Positions 39,915 to 49,260 of a DNA stretch of 64,000 bases are shown one piece after another. The DNA is taken from assembly GCA_026413885.1 (NCBI GenBank), contig JAOAKA010000001.1, positions 114,762 through 178,761 of the forward strand, in the 5' to 3' direction. The notes below the pieces were generated by a model that had not been told where the DNA came from, ran no database searches, and saw only the letters and a program-made list of their open reading frames with translations. The position numbers and the translations under genes were made by a program. Origin of the DNA: Sulfolobales archaeon. Its GTDB lineage: Archaea; Thermoproteota; Thermoprotei_A; Sulfolobales; NBVN01. How positions within the stretch are numbered: the stretch's first letter is position 1; each line of letters opens with the position of its first letter.

Positions 39915-40373
39915 TCACCTGTAGGACTTCTGTCTCCATCTTCTAGCACTATACCTCATCCACTTCTCAGGTTCTGTTTGTCTAGGGTCTCCAGAGAGCA
40001 TGTACCTAGAGTACTCTCTGTATACCTGCTTTAGCTCCTCACTACCTGTAAACTTAACTAATCCTCTAGCTATAGCCGTTCTGACAGCTTCAGCTTGAGC
40101 CATGTACCCACCTCCTCCTACTTGTACGTATATATCTACCGAGTTTCTTATACTATCACCAGCTAGTAGCAGGGGCTCCATCATCTTAATCCTCATTAAT
40201 TCTACTGGATATATGTCGAGAGGAATGCTGTTAACCCAGACTCTACCAGTTCCGAAAGTCACTATAGCTCTCGCAATAGCAGTCTTTCTCTTTCCAACTT
40301 CTATAACTACTTTTCTAGTTCTAGAAACACCGGTCTTCGAAGTAGCTCCAGTACTCACTGTTCTCCCCTCCAC
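39915..40373 (-). CDS. rps9: 30S ribosomal protein uS9
   Basis: GKRKTAIARAIV...GGGYMAQAEAVRTAIARGL...RRWRQKSYR. Confidence 0.93.
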   Translation of the reverse strand: MEGRTVSTGATSKTGVSRTRKVVIEVGKRKTAIARAIVTFGTGRVWVNSIPLDIYPVELMRIKMMEPLLLAGDSIRNSVDIYVQVGGGGYMAQAEAVRTAIARGLVKFTGSEELKQVYREYSRYMLSGDPRQTEPEKWMRYSARRWRQKSYR

Positions 40374-40810
40374 CCTAAGTATCTAGCTACTTCACCTATA
40401 GTAACATATTTATGTCCGAGTCTCCTACTACAGGCTGTGGAAACATCAACCAACTGGAGTTTCGCCTTCTTTAATTCCTCAGGATAACCTACATATACTT
40501 TGAGTCTCTTCAGTAGTAGAATCTTCTTAAATGGGCTCTTAGGAAGCATTCCACGGACAGAGTATTTAACTATCGATATAGGGTTTCTAGGTCTGTGTGG
40601 TGACCACTTCTCCGGATTTCTTAAAGTCTTAATCTCGAACCAGAGTGCGTAGGATTCCTTCACTATCTGTGGTTTACCACTTACAACAGCTTTTTCAGCA
40701 TTTACTACATAGACTTTGTAACCGCGCATGAGTAATTTAGCTACTACAGATGCTAGCCTCCCTAGAACTAGGCCTTCTGCATCTATTAGAACTTCTCTAC
40801 TAGAACTCAC
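40355..40810 (-). CDS. rpl13: 50S ribosomal protein uL13
   Basis: LIDAEGLVLGRLASVVAKLL... Confidence 0.92.
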   Translation of the reverse strand: MSSSREVLIDAEGLVLGRLASVVAKLLMRGYKVYVVNAEKAVVSGKPQIVKESYALWFEIKTLRNPEKWSPHRPRNPISIVKYSVRGMLPKSPFKKILLLKRLKVYVGYPEELKKAKLQLVDVSTACSRRLGHKYVTIGEVARYLGWRGEQ

Positions 40811-41169
40811 ATCACCACCCTAACGTTAGATCCTTCAGGATTTACTCTTAGAAGATCTGAAATGGAGATAGCAGAACCTCCAGCTTCGCGTATTTTTTCT
40901 AAAGCTCTCTTCGAGAACGAAATAGCAGCAATAAACACAGGTTTTCTTAGATTTCCAGCTCCGAGAACCTTGCCCGGGACAACTACGTACTCACCTTGAC
41001 TGCAGCACCTATTCAGCTTGCTTAAGTTAACTACTACACGTCTTCTAGATGGTTTCTCTAGTAGATCTGCTACGTAATCCCAGATCTTAACTCCGTGTTG
41101 ATTCGAGCTCTTCCTCAACTCTCTTATTAACTTCCTCAAAACAATATTTGTTGGTCCGGTTCTTCTCAT
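40807..41169 (-). CDS. rpl18e: 50S ribosomal protein eL18
   Basis: [19 protein letters not shown]...; position between rpoD and uL13. Confidence 0.9.
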   Translation of the reverse strand: MRRTGPTNIVLRKLIRELRKSSNQHGVKIWDYVADLLEKPSRRRVVVNLSKLNRCCSQGEYVVVPGKVLGAGNLRKPVFIAAISFSKRALEKIREAGGSAISISDLLRVNPEGSNVRVVM

Positions 41170-42026
41170 AGTTTTACACCACTACTAGATAAAACTCTCT
41201 CAAACTCTTCGTAGAAGTTCATCAATTTCTTCTTAACTTGAATCATTGCTTCAAGAACCACTCTTTCTGGTCTTAGAGCACCACTAGACTCTACGTGAAG
41301 CTTATACTCATCTTCACGCCACCCAAGCTCTATCGCTTCTGCTCCACAAACTTTAACACACTGCCTACAGAGAATGCACTTGCTCTCATTGACCTGAATC
41401 TCACTGTTTCTTATATCTATAGCTTTCGTAGGGCAGTTCTCAACACATAGTTTACACATATTACACTTATCTAAAGAAATAGTGATGGTAGGTATGTAAG
41501 TTAATACGGAAACAGTCGCTGGAGACCACTTGATGTGCTCTCTTCCTCGACCTAGTCTAGCCCATGCTTCTAGAACAACTCTCTGCTGAGGTCCTAACTT
41601 CATAATTGGGATATCTCTATATACCGGCACTATCTCTGGGTCTTCCTGCGGTTTTAGATCTCCAGAGTACACTACGAGTTCTTCCTGCTGAGCGGTTTCA
41701 GCTTCTAGGTATAGACTAGTGTAGCATCCACTGGGTGATGGACTGGACCTACATTCTTCAGGCTCCCTATAGTGTTCAATTGCGGTATCAGATTTCAAGG
41801 GCAGTACAGATAAGCGGTGAGATATTATTTCATCACTTAGAGCTGAGGTGTTGTCGTAAAAGACTACGTAGTCGATCGCCATAGTAGGCACTTCCTCTAA
41901 AACCGCTCTCCGTATAGCATTAGCGTACTCGAGAGGCACTCCCTTCAGAATCAGTGTTATCTCGCTATCACTTCTCTCCAATATCTGTATATCGATCATT
42001 CTACCCACCTTACACTCTCCTACCAC
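41166..42026 (-). CDS. rpoD: DNA-directed RNA polymerase subunit D (with a ferredoxin-like 4Fe-4S domain)
   Basis: [26 protein letters not shown] and [12 protein letters not shown]...[11 protein letters not shown]. Confidence 0.92.
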   Translation of the reverse strand: MVGECKVGRMIDIQILERSDSEITLILKGVPLEYANAIRRAVLEEVPTMAIDYVVFYDNTSALSDEIISHRLSVLPLKSDTAIEHYREPEECRSSPSPSGCYTSLYLEAETAQQEELVVYSGDLKPQEDPEIVPVYRDIPIMKLGPQQRVVLEAWARLGRGREHIKWSPATVSVLTYIPTITISLDKCNMCKLCVENCPTKAIDIRNSEIQVNESKCILCRQCVKVCGAEAIELGWREDEYKLHVESSGALRPERVVLEAMIQVKKKLMNFYEEFERVLSSSGVKL

Positions 42027-42411
42027 GGCGACCTCCAGGTCTTCTAGTAGAGTCGTGAGGTATTGGTGTGATATCCTCTATCCTTCCTATTATAAGTCCA
42101 GATCTAGCTATAGCTCTTATAGCTGCTTGAGCTCCAGGACCCGGGATCTTGGGTCCGTGACCACCGACACCTCTAACCCTTATGTGGACAGCTGAAATTC
42201 CCTTATCAATAGCATCTTGAGACGCTCTATAAGCTATCATCATTGCTGTATACGGCGACGGCTTCTCTCTATCAGCTTTTACTACCATTCCACCAGACCA
42301 CCGCGAGATTGTCTCAGCTCCACTGAGGTCTGTTATGTGTACTATAGTGTTATTGAATGAACTAAATACGTGAACAACACCCCACTTAAGCTCGCGTAGT
42401 GACATACCCAT
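42010..42411 (-). CDS. rps11: 30S ribosomal protein uS11
   Basis: [18 protein letters not shown]...[11 protein letters not shown]... Confidence 0.93.
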   Translation of the reverse strand: MGMSLRELKWGVVHVFSSFNNTIVHITDLSGAETISRWSGGMVVKADREKPSPYTAMMIAYRASQDAIDKGISAVHIRVRGVGGHGPKIPGPGAQAAIRAIARSGLIIGRIEDITPIPHDSTRRPGGRRGRRV

Positions 42412-42421
42412 AGATAGCCAC

Positions 42422-42946
42422 CTACACCGAGCTTCCAGATACTTGCTTTACATAGTATGGAGATGTTGGTGCGTAACTTATTAAGCCTTCCTCAGCTCTC
42501 GCTACTAGCTTACCGGGAGACTTCACTCTCCGTCCTGCTATAGCTATGTGACCGTGAGCTATTAGCTGTCTTGCTTCGTAAATCGTCTTAGCTAGCCCCT
42601 TCTTATAGACAATTGTCTGCAGTCTCCTCTCTAAAACATTTCTAACTGTTAACCCCAATATATCGTCTATAGTTGCTTTATCACTCTCTATTAGCCCTAC
42701 GTCGTAAAGCTTCTTTACTAGTGTTCTCTCCCTAGCAACTCTATCAGCTTCTGGAAGAGATAGAAGAGCTCTCGCCCTAGTTCTAATAGTTCTCAGAATT
42801 GTTTGAGCTTTCCACAGCTCTCTCTTATTTCTGAGTCCGTATTGACCTACAAGCTCCATTTCTTCTGCAAGTCTCTCCTTTATCCACGGATGTCCTGGTC
42901 TCTCCCACGTCTTCCTAGATTTCTTAGGGTCACCCATGGATAGCAC
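42422..42946 (-). CDS. rps4: 30S ribosomal protein uS4
   Basis: [17 protein letters not shown]...[16 protein letters not shown]. Confidence 0.93.
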   Translation of the reverse strand: MLSMGDPKKSRKTWERPGHPWIKERLAEEMELVGQYGLRNKRELWKAQTILRTIRTRARALLSLPEADRVARERTLVKKLYDVGLIESDKATIDDILGLTVRNVLERRLQTIVYKKGLAKTIYEARQLIAHGHIAIAGRRVKSPGKLVARAEEGLISYAPTSPYYVKQVSGSSV

Positions 42947-42949
42947 CCA

Positions 42950-43402
42950 CTACTGCTTAGCTTTACCTTTAGTTACACCTACGACAGGACCTACTCTACC
43001 CGTAGTGTGAGTACGCTGACCACGAACCTTAAGTCCGAGAGAGTGTCTCACACCTCTCCAAGACTTAATCTTAATTTCTCTCTCAATGTCTTGCTTAGCT
43101 ACCAGAATTAAGTCAGAACCTATTAAGTGTTTATCTAGACCTGTTTCATAGTCTTTTCTTCTATTAACCATCCACGAAGGAACACCATACTTGACCGGGT
43201 CTTGCAGAAAATTCTCAATTTTTTCGACGTCTTCATCACTTAGATTCCCGATCTTCATTCTAGGATCTAGCCCTAGTTTTAAAGCACATGTTTTAGCTAT
43301 TCGAGATCCAACTCCCTTTATTTTAGTTAGTCCATGAACTAGAGAAAGCTCACCCTCTACATCTACACCAGCTATCCTCACTATATGTCTAAACGACACC
43401 AT
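42950..43402 (-). CDS. rps13: 30S ribosomal protein uS13
   Basis: IVRIAGVDVEGELSLVHGLTKIKGVG...GLKVRGQRTHTTGR. Confidence 0.93.
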   Translation of the reverse strand: MVSFRHIVRIAGVDVEGELSLVHGLTKIKGVGSRIAKTCALKLGLDPRMKIGNLSDEDVEKIENFLQDPVKYGVPSWMVNRRKDYETGLDKHLIGSDLILVAKQDIEREIKIKSWRGVRHSLGLKVRGQRTHTTGRVGPVVGVTKGKAKQ

Positions 43403-43633
43403 CCACTACCTAAACCAAGAACTCTGAGAAGATATTTAAGTTTTAACTAGACCCAGATGTAGAGACAAGCAAGAAAGATGCATCTACGATCTTTAAGTAC
43501 TAGCTGCTGTGAGAGCTGAGTATTATAGTTAACACCACGGCCTAGCTAGTCTGAATTTATAATTGAAGTAATCTACCGAGAGCTAATCCTAGACGCCTAT
43601 AAACCGCCTCCAGAGCTTTGCTGGGGAGAGAGT

Positions 43634-44356
43634 GTGGTGAAAGCAGTATCATTCGACTTGTGGTTCACTCTTATTTGGGAGAAGCACCCAGAAGATGAAG
43701 AGCTATACAGTAAGTTGAGGATCGAGTCTATCCTAGAAACACTTAAGTTAAGAGGTTATAGAGCATCCGCCAGTGTAGTAAGTGAGCTTTTAAAAAGTCT
43801 GGGAGGGGCTAGAATGATTTTAAATAGTAGAGAACTTGCTTCTCTAATAGCAGTCAGTCTCGACATAGAATACAGCGACGAACTCATTGAAGAACTCGCG
43901 AAAGCATACGAATTCTCAACAGATAGATTCAAACCTAGGGAGAATCCTGAGGCATTGACCTCACTCACATCTCTAAGAAAGATGGGTGTGAAGATAGCTG
44001 TAGTTAGTAACACTAGCTTCAGTGCTAGAGGTGTGTTCGCCCTCTTAAGAAGTGTCGGCCTAGCTGACTACGTTGACGTAGTGATATCGTCATCTGATGT
44101 AGGACACGTAAAACCTCAGAAGTCCATTTTTCAAGCACTAGTTAGATCTGTAGGAGTAGAACCTACGGAAATAGTTCATGTAGGAGATTCATGTATAGAA
44201 GATATACTGGGAGCATTAAGTAGTGGATTACACGCTATATACTACACAGGTCTTCTCCACTTAAGAAGAGCTGAACCAAGTGAGATCTGCCTAAATCTAG
44301 TGCCTACTGTTGTTAGTCTAAACGATCTCCCTAAAGTAATTTTAGATATAGAGTAG
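43634..44356 (+). CDS. HAD-superfamily hydrolase
   Basis: Motif I VSFDLWFTLI, VVSNTS, HVGDS; 240 aa. Confidence 0.7.
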   Translation: MVKAVSFDLWFTLIWEKHPEDEELYSKLRIESILETLKLRGYRASASVVSELLKSLGGARMILNSRELASLIAVSLDIEYSDELIEELAKAYEFSTDRFKPRENPEALTSLTSLRKMGVKIAVVSNTSFSARGVFALLRSVGLADYVDVVISSSDVGHVKPQKSIFQALVRSVGVEPTEIVHVGDSCIEDILGALSSGLHAIYYTGLLHLRRAEPSEICLNLVPTVVSLNDLPKVILDIE

Positions 44357-44362
44357 GGACTC

Positions 44363-45856
44363 TCATAGTTTAGCTATAACAAATTCTTTCTCGACGAAGT
44401 CTTCAAGACTGCGGTATAGACTGTTTGCTTTCCACCGGACTATTTTCATGAAGTACTTGAGGAATAATCTCAAAGCTAGCGCTTCTCTCTCCTTTAGGTA
44501 AAACTCATTAATAATTCTCTCGCTCCATATTAAACTATGGTCTAGAGCCGCCTTCATTGCTTCAACATGTTCACGAGTAATTCTCACTTTAGCTACTACA
44601 TCTCGAGCTCCCTTCAGTCTTCCTAACGGTACGAATATCATTGGAACTATTATCGATCTATAGCTTCTCAATCTCTCAATGAGCTCTATAGTCTTAACTA
44701 CGTCTTCCGGTGTTTCTCCAGGCATATTGAGAATGAATGTAGCTGCTGGCACAATTTTATGTTCGTGCATTATGGAGAAGGCTTCTTCAACTATCTCCGG
44801 ATACTTTGACGGTGGGAAAGGTGCGGACTTACCGGGCATTATCTTTTCTGCTAGCTTCGGAGAACCTGATTCAATGCCTACTTCAACACCTATGTAGTCT
44901 TGATCTAGCTTCGAGTAGATGATATCCGTTATCTTACTGAGAATTCTTCCTTGACGTTCTGCTACTACTACAGCAGCCAGAGATACGTGAGCCCACGCAA
45001 TACTCTTGAGATGTCTGGCTGACATTTCATGTAACTTCCTCAGAGGTTCCTCACTGGGTATTACATCACTCGTTCCATACAGGAGAACATCTTCAGAGTG
45101 GAATATACCGCTGGTAACACCGCTTGCTGTATTTACTTCTATTTCCTTCTCTATTACTTCCAGAGGTATGTGCCGCAAAGGTCTCAGAGTAACACTGCAG
45201 AATGAACACCCTCTAGGACAACCTCTCATAATCTCTACGAGACCGTTAACACTGGCGCCCTTAATTACCGGTATCTGATTGACTTTAGGTGAATCGTATA
45301 CACCTATATAAATGTATTTCGGTAAAGGTTCGCTATCTAAAATCTTCTGAGCCAACTTCTTGATCGCGATGTCTGCTTCTCCATCAACTACAGTATCGAC
45401 CCCCCATAAATCGATTTTATCACTTTCCCACTGCCACTGCCAAGCTGCTGGACCACCGACTAATATCTTGAAGCCGTATTTCTTCTTATAGCTAGAGAGC
45501 TTATTCATGAACTTCGTAAATAACCTTCTATTAACCGGTACTTTTCCAGTAATGAGCCACCACTCAGAAGATGGAGGGCCGTAAGCGAAGAAATCGTGGT
45601 GTCCTATGAGAACAGCTTTAGCTTTCTTGAGATATTTAAACACGTAGTCTGGGTCTATTATCGATGCTTTGAATCCAGACTCTATTAGTGACGCCTCTAT
45701 TTTTCTAAGACCATAAGGAGCTTCTCGAGGCCTTCCTAGCTTATCTACTCTCGGCTTCGGGCAGCATATATATGTCCAGATAAATTCTGGAAGAAACATG
45801 GGGGGGCTGGTAGCAGTAAAACCTATAAATTCCCGGCCGTGGTGGTTACTCATCAT
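44363..45856 (-). CDS. Radical SAM protein with an N-terminal B12-binding-like (Rossmann-type) region
   Basis: CPRGCSFC (CxxxCxxC) at about residue 213; 497 aa. Substrate unknown. Confidence 0.65.
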   Translation of the reverse strand: MMSNHHGREFIGFTATSPPMFLPEFIWTYICCPKPRVDKLGRPREAPYGLRKIEASLIESGFKASIIDPDYVFKYLKKAKAVLIGHHDFFAYGPPSSEWWLITGKVPVNRRLFTKFMNKLSSYKKKYGFKILVGGPAAWQWQWESDKIDLWGVDTVVDGEADIAIKKLAQKILDSEPLPKYIYIGVYDSPKVNQIPVIKGASVNGLVEIMRGCPRGCSFCSVTLRPLRHIPLEVIEKEIEVNTASGVTSGIFHSEDVLLYGTSDVIPSEEPLRKLHEMSARHLKSIAWAHVSLAAVVVAERQGRILSKITDIIYSKLDQDYIGVEVGIESGSPKLAEKIMPGKSAPFPPSKYPEIVEEAFSIMHEHKIVPAATFILNMPGETPEDVVKTIELIERLRSYRSIIVPMIFVPLGRLKGARDVVAKVRITREHVEAMKAALDHSLIWSERIINEFYLKEREALALRLFLKYFMKIVRWKANSLYRSLEDFVEKEFVIAKL

Positions 45857-45965
45857 ACTTCTATCAGTAGTAATGATGAAGTCTATATCGATTAATATTC
45901 ACCAATCCTTATTTATGTACTACTAAAAATAAGCTTAATGAAGTAATTAGAGGCGGTCGGTACGT

Positions 45966-46715
45966 ATGGCTGAAGTATCTCTTAAGCGTATTAGACTTAG
46001 AGCCTATATTAACACTATAGCTGATATGGTAGCCGAAATTGAAGCTGGAAATACTGTAGATAGAGATTGGACGGTAGAAGAGCTTCGAAAAGCTCTCAAA
46101 GAAGTACGAGTAGAGCCGTTTAGAGGAATAAAGCACTCCGAGGAAGTCTACGAGAAGGAGCTCTTAAGTCTCTACATCGTAGCTACACGTATACTTAGAC
46201 TACCACTTAAAAAATTTGGAAACACTTTTGAAGAAGTTTTCTCAAACGAGGTAAATCTCAATAGAGTTGCCACTATACTTAAAAAACGCCGAGACATTCA
46301 GGATGTTCGCACCACCATAGAAAAATATCTCGGTGTAGTAGATGAGGTTTCTCTCAGTAAGATCATAAGGTACGTTACCACTGAGTACTATCTAGACCTC
46401 ATAAATGAAGATGAAGCTATGAGGTCTATTGGAAATATAATTAAAATCTTCCCGGAATTCGAAGACAGATTCAGTAGAATGACTAAGTTCTTCATTGCTG
46501 TACTACTAGGTAGTAAAATAGTCTCTAACGAGATAAAGTCAAAGCTAGAACTAGAAATGCAGAAGAAAGCTATGATAATTAACCTCGGATTACGTAGTGG
46601 GGCACCTAGCGATGAATACATAATCGACGTAACTAAAATCGCATACGGAGGTTGTGAAAACGTTAAGAAACTCAGCGAAACCATAAAGAATTCATCTAAG
46701 AAAAGCTCTATCTAA
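45966..46715 (+). CDS. Hypothetical 249-aa protein
   Basis: A long ORF with a coding-like, helix-rich composition. I could not recognise a family with any confidence. Confidence 0.5.
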   Translation: MAEVSLKRIRLRAYINTIADMVAEIEAGNTVDRDWTVEELRKALKEVRVEPFRGIKHSEEVYEKELLSLYIVATRILRLPLKKFGNTFEEVFSNEVNLNRVATILKKRRDIQDVRTTIEKYLGVVDEVSLSKIIRYVTTEYYLDLINEDEAMRSIGNIIKIFPEFEDRFSRMTKFFIAVLLGSKIVSNEIKSKLELEMQKKAMIINLGLRSGAPSDEYIIDVTKIAYGGCENVKKLSETIKNSSKKSSI

Positions 46716-46822
46716 CATCTGCGGTCTGTAGGATAAAAGCACTTAATGTTCGTAGACATTCATAAATAGAACTCAGTTATAGTCTACTTTAAGAAATTCT
46801 ACAACTCAAACGCGATCTCATG

Positions 46823-46830
46823 TTTTTAAG
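46823..46830 (+). promoter_or_regulatory. TATA-like box for tRNA-Cys
   Basis: TTTTTAAG centred about 28 nt upstream of tRNA position 1. Confidence 0.4.
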
Positions 46831-46854
46831 CTTTGAGAATCCCTATACTGTGGA

Positions 46855-46942
46855 GCCGGGGTGGCCGAGCGGTCCAAGGCGGCGGGCTGCAGTGGTGTGG
46901 AAACCCGTTTATTCGCGGGTTCGAATCCCGCCCCCGGCTCCA
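46855..46942 (+). tRNA. tRNA-Cys (anticodon GCA) with a ~10-nt insertion/intron in the anticodon loop; CCA encoded
   Basis: Acceptor GCCGGGG/CCCCGGC, discriminator T (U73 is typical of tRNA-Cys), T arm GCGGG-TTCGAAT-CCCGC. The anticodon stem GCGGG/CCCGT encloses CTGCAG-tggtgtggaa-A. Removing about 46893..46902 restores a 7-nt loop CTGCAGA. The variable region counts 6 nt, so the exact fold needs checking with software. Confidence 0.7.
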
Positions 46943-47042
46943 GTTCTCTGAAAGCGCTAACTTTGCGCACTAATTTAAGTTATATGTTAGTATAGAGCGC
47001 ATCTCACTAGAACTGAGAACCGGTGATTGAGGTTGCGCATCT

Positions 47043-47062
47043 GCTACATTAATTAATGTAGC
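47043..47062. promoter_or_regulatory. Perfect 20-bp palindrome GCTACATTAATTAATGTAGC in the promoter region of the oxidoreductase gene
   Basis: 10+10 bp inverted repeat with no spacer and an AT-rich TTAATTAA core, centred about 36 nt upstream of the GTG at 47089. Confidence 0.5.
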
Positions 47063-47088
47063 TTAGTAGTATGTAGCCGGAGTTAGAT

Positions 47089-49164
47089 GTGAATGCTGCT
47101 AGAAGAGTTCCAGGAAGTATCTATATGCTACTTTCTTTCACTCCGTGGATCATCTACTGGATATCGATAGATTTTGAATTTGGTTTCGGCGTTTTCTTTT
47201 CTCTCGCAGCTTCTCTCATAATCATGGTGCCGCAGATCGGGAGAAGGGAGTACTACTTCATGGACATCTTCAACTTCGCGTACTTCACTATAGCTTCCAT
47301 AGGTACCTTACTCGATGTAGGTATATTCGTAGAGTACGGTGGGTTCTTAGGCTACCTAGCACTATCACTGATGGCAGTGCTGTCTATATTGGTGAAGTCC
47401 CCGTTTACACTTAAAGCAGCTAAGAAGGACTGGCCCGAGGCTTACTGGAGAGATAGGTCGTTTGTGCTGATCAACAACATTATTTCCGCGGTTTGGACGG
47501 CGATTTTCACAGCTAACGCACTAATCAACCTCGTTCTCGAAGTTCCTCATAGGGTAGCACTATCGAATACGCTGATTGCCTTAGGCGTGTTCTTCTCCGT
47601 GGTATTCCCAGTGAAAGCTTCGGAGTACTTAGTTGTAAAGAAGTACGTTAAACCTTTTAGAAGGTTCGACTGGACAGTCCACGCCGTGCCGGGGAGCTCT
47701 AGAGGTGAGAATGAGTACGACGTCATAGTTGTAGGTGCTGGTGTTGGGGGGCTAGCGTGTGGGAGTTTACTTGCTAGAAGAGGTTTCAGGGTCCTAGTGC
47801 TCGAGCAGCACTATCAAGTCGGAGGCTACTGCTCGTCATTTCAGAGGAAGGACTTTACTTTCAATACTGGAGTTGAGGATGTTAGCGGACTGTGGGAGAG
47901 AGGGCCGATAGCGTTTCTACTTCGAGAACTTGGATTAAGGAAGGAGGACCTGTTCGTGAAGAATAGAGCGGCATACGTTTTCAAGGGGAGGGTAATTAGT
48001 GCTGAGAACTTCGAGAAGTTCCTCGAGAATCTCTTGGAGATATTTCCGCAGGAGCGGGAAGGCATCATCTCATTCTTTGAAGATGCTAGAAGAGCTTACG
48101 AAGAATGCTATAGAGAAGCCGATATCTACGGAGCACCACTTCCAGCCGAGCTAATAGCTAAAGTTTTCGGTGTGAAGAAGTTAGTAAACTACCCTAGAGA
48201 GCACCCGCACTTCTACGACTGGATGAGTAAGACCTTCAAGCAGAAGCTCGACGAATACTTTAAGAATGAAGACTTAAAGATGCTGCTGTGCGCACTACTA
48301 GGCTACGTCGGAGCTGGACCTGAGAGGATTTCAGCGGCAAGTGCTCTCACGACATCGATCTCCTACTACCTATTTGGAGGGTACTATCCTAAAGGGGGTG
48401 CTCAGCACTTCGCGAATAGCTTGAAGAACGCTATCGAGAAGAGCGGCGGCAGGGTCTTAGTTAACCATAGGGTAGATAAGATATTAGTCGAGAATGGTGA
48501 GGTGAGGGGAGTTGTTGCTGGAAATAGAGTTTTTAAAAGTAGTGTGGTTGTTGCTAACGTAAACGCTAAGACGGCTCTCCTAGAACTCGTTGGAGAGGAG
48601 TATTTAGATAGAGAGTACGTTGAGTACATTAAGAGCTTGAAGATGTCTTCTTCAGCCTTCATGATTTTTCTAGGTGTTGACATGGACTTAACGAACTACC
48701 CAACACTCATTAAGAACCTAGACGAAGGCTATGGAGTAGTTATCAACTCTAACGCGGACCCAACACTAGCACCGAGCGGTATGGCTAGCATCACGATAAT
48801 AACGCTAGCTAACTACTACGACTATCCACCGAGAGGAACTAATGAGTACTTGAAGATTAAGAAGGAAACTGCGGATGCGTTAATACGGAAGGCTGAGAAG
48901 GTAGTACCGAATTTAAGTAAGCACATCGTGGTTCAGGACGCAGCAACACCGAAGACACTTGAAAGATATACTTCAATGCCCGAGGGAGCACTATACTCCT
49001 TCGACCAGTCGATCGAAACTAGAAGACCCTACTTTAAGACACCCATAAAGGGACTGTATCTAGTAGGAGCTTCAACATTTCCAGGTGGAGGAGTTGAAGC
49101 TGCTGTAATCTCCGGAATAATATGCGCAAACGATATATGCGGGTGGAGAACGAAGAGAATGTAG
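47089..49164 (+). CDS. Fusion of an N-terminal polytopic membrane domain (about 200 aa) with a CrtI/phytoene-desaturase-like FAD-dependent oxidoreductase
   Basis: Dinucleotide fold YDVIVVGAGVGGLACGSLLARRGFRVLVLEQHYQVGGYCSSF and C-terminal GLYLVGASTFPGGGVEAA. There are 5-6 hydrophobic helices before residue 190. The gene has visibly more G/C-ending codons than its neighbours. Confidence 0.75.
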   Translation: MNAARRVPGSIYMLLSFTPWIIYWISIDFEFGFGVFFSLAASLIIMVPQIGRREYYFMDIFNFAYFTIASIGTLLDVGIFVEYGGFLGYLALSLMAVLSILVKSPFTLKAAKKDWPEAYWRDRSFVLINNIISAVWTAIFTANALINLVLEVPHRVALSNTLIALGVFFSVVFPVKASEYLVVKKYVKPFRRFDWTVHAVPGSSRGENEYDVIVVGAGVGGLACGSLLARRGFRVLVLEQHYQVGGYCSSFQRKDFTFNTGVEDVSGLWERGPIAFLLRELGLRKEDLFVKNRAAYVFKGRVISAENFEKFLENLLEIFPQEREGIISFFEDARRAYEECYREADIYGAPLPAELIAKVFGVKKLVNYPREHPHFYDWMSKTFKQKLDEYFKNEDLKMLLCALLGYVGAGPERISAASALTTSISYYLFGGYYPKGGAQHFANSLKNAIEKSGGRVLVNHRVDKILVENGEVRGVVAGNRVFKSSVVVANVNAKTALLELVGEEYLDREYVEYIKSLKMSSSAFMIFLGVDMDLTNYPTLIKNLDEGYGVVINSNADPTLAPSGMASITIITLANYYDYPPRGTNEYLKIKKETADALIRKAEKVVPNLSKHIVVQDAATPKTLERYTSMPEGALYSFDQSIETRRPYFKTPIKGLYLVGASTFPGGGVEAAVISGIICANDICGWRTKRM

Positions 49165-49260
49165 GTAGCGCGCTAGTCCATCTACGATCTAGGAGGAATT
49201 AGAAAGTAGCTTCCAAAGCGGATATGGTGAACCTAGACTGAGTACTTCTATCTACAGGTA

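Noticed and set aside
44363-45856. The radical SAM protein as a tetraether-lipid synthase (Tes/GDGT-MAS) or a Grs ring synthase
   Set aside because: It has only five cysteines in total: CC near the N-terminus plus CxxxCxxC. That is too few for the multi-cluster enzymes I had in mind. I cannot support the call without a search.
45909-46136. Minus-strand 75-aa ORF
   Set aside because: It overlaps the start of the longer plus-strand 249-aa ORF and is rich in S/F/Y/L, so it is probably spurious.
46943-49260. An integrated element at tRNA-Cys with att duplications
   Set aside because: I found no repeat of the tRNA 3' segment at the far border and no integrase gene. Only the compositional signal remains.
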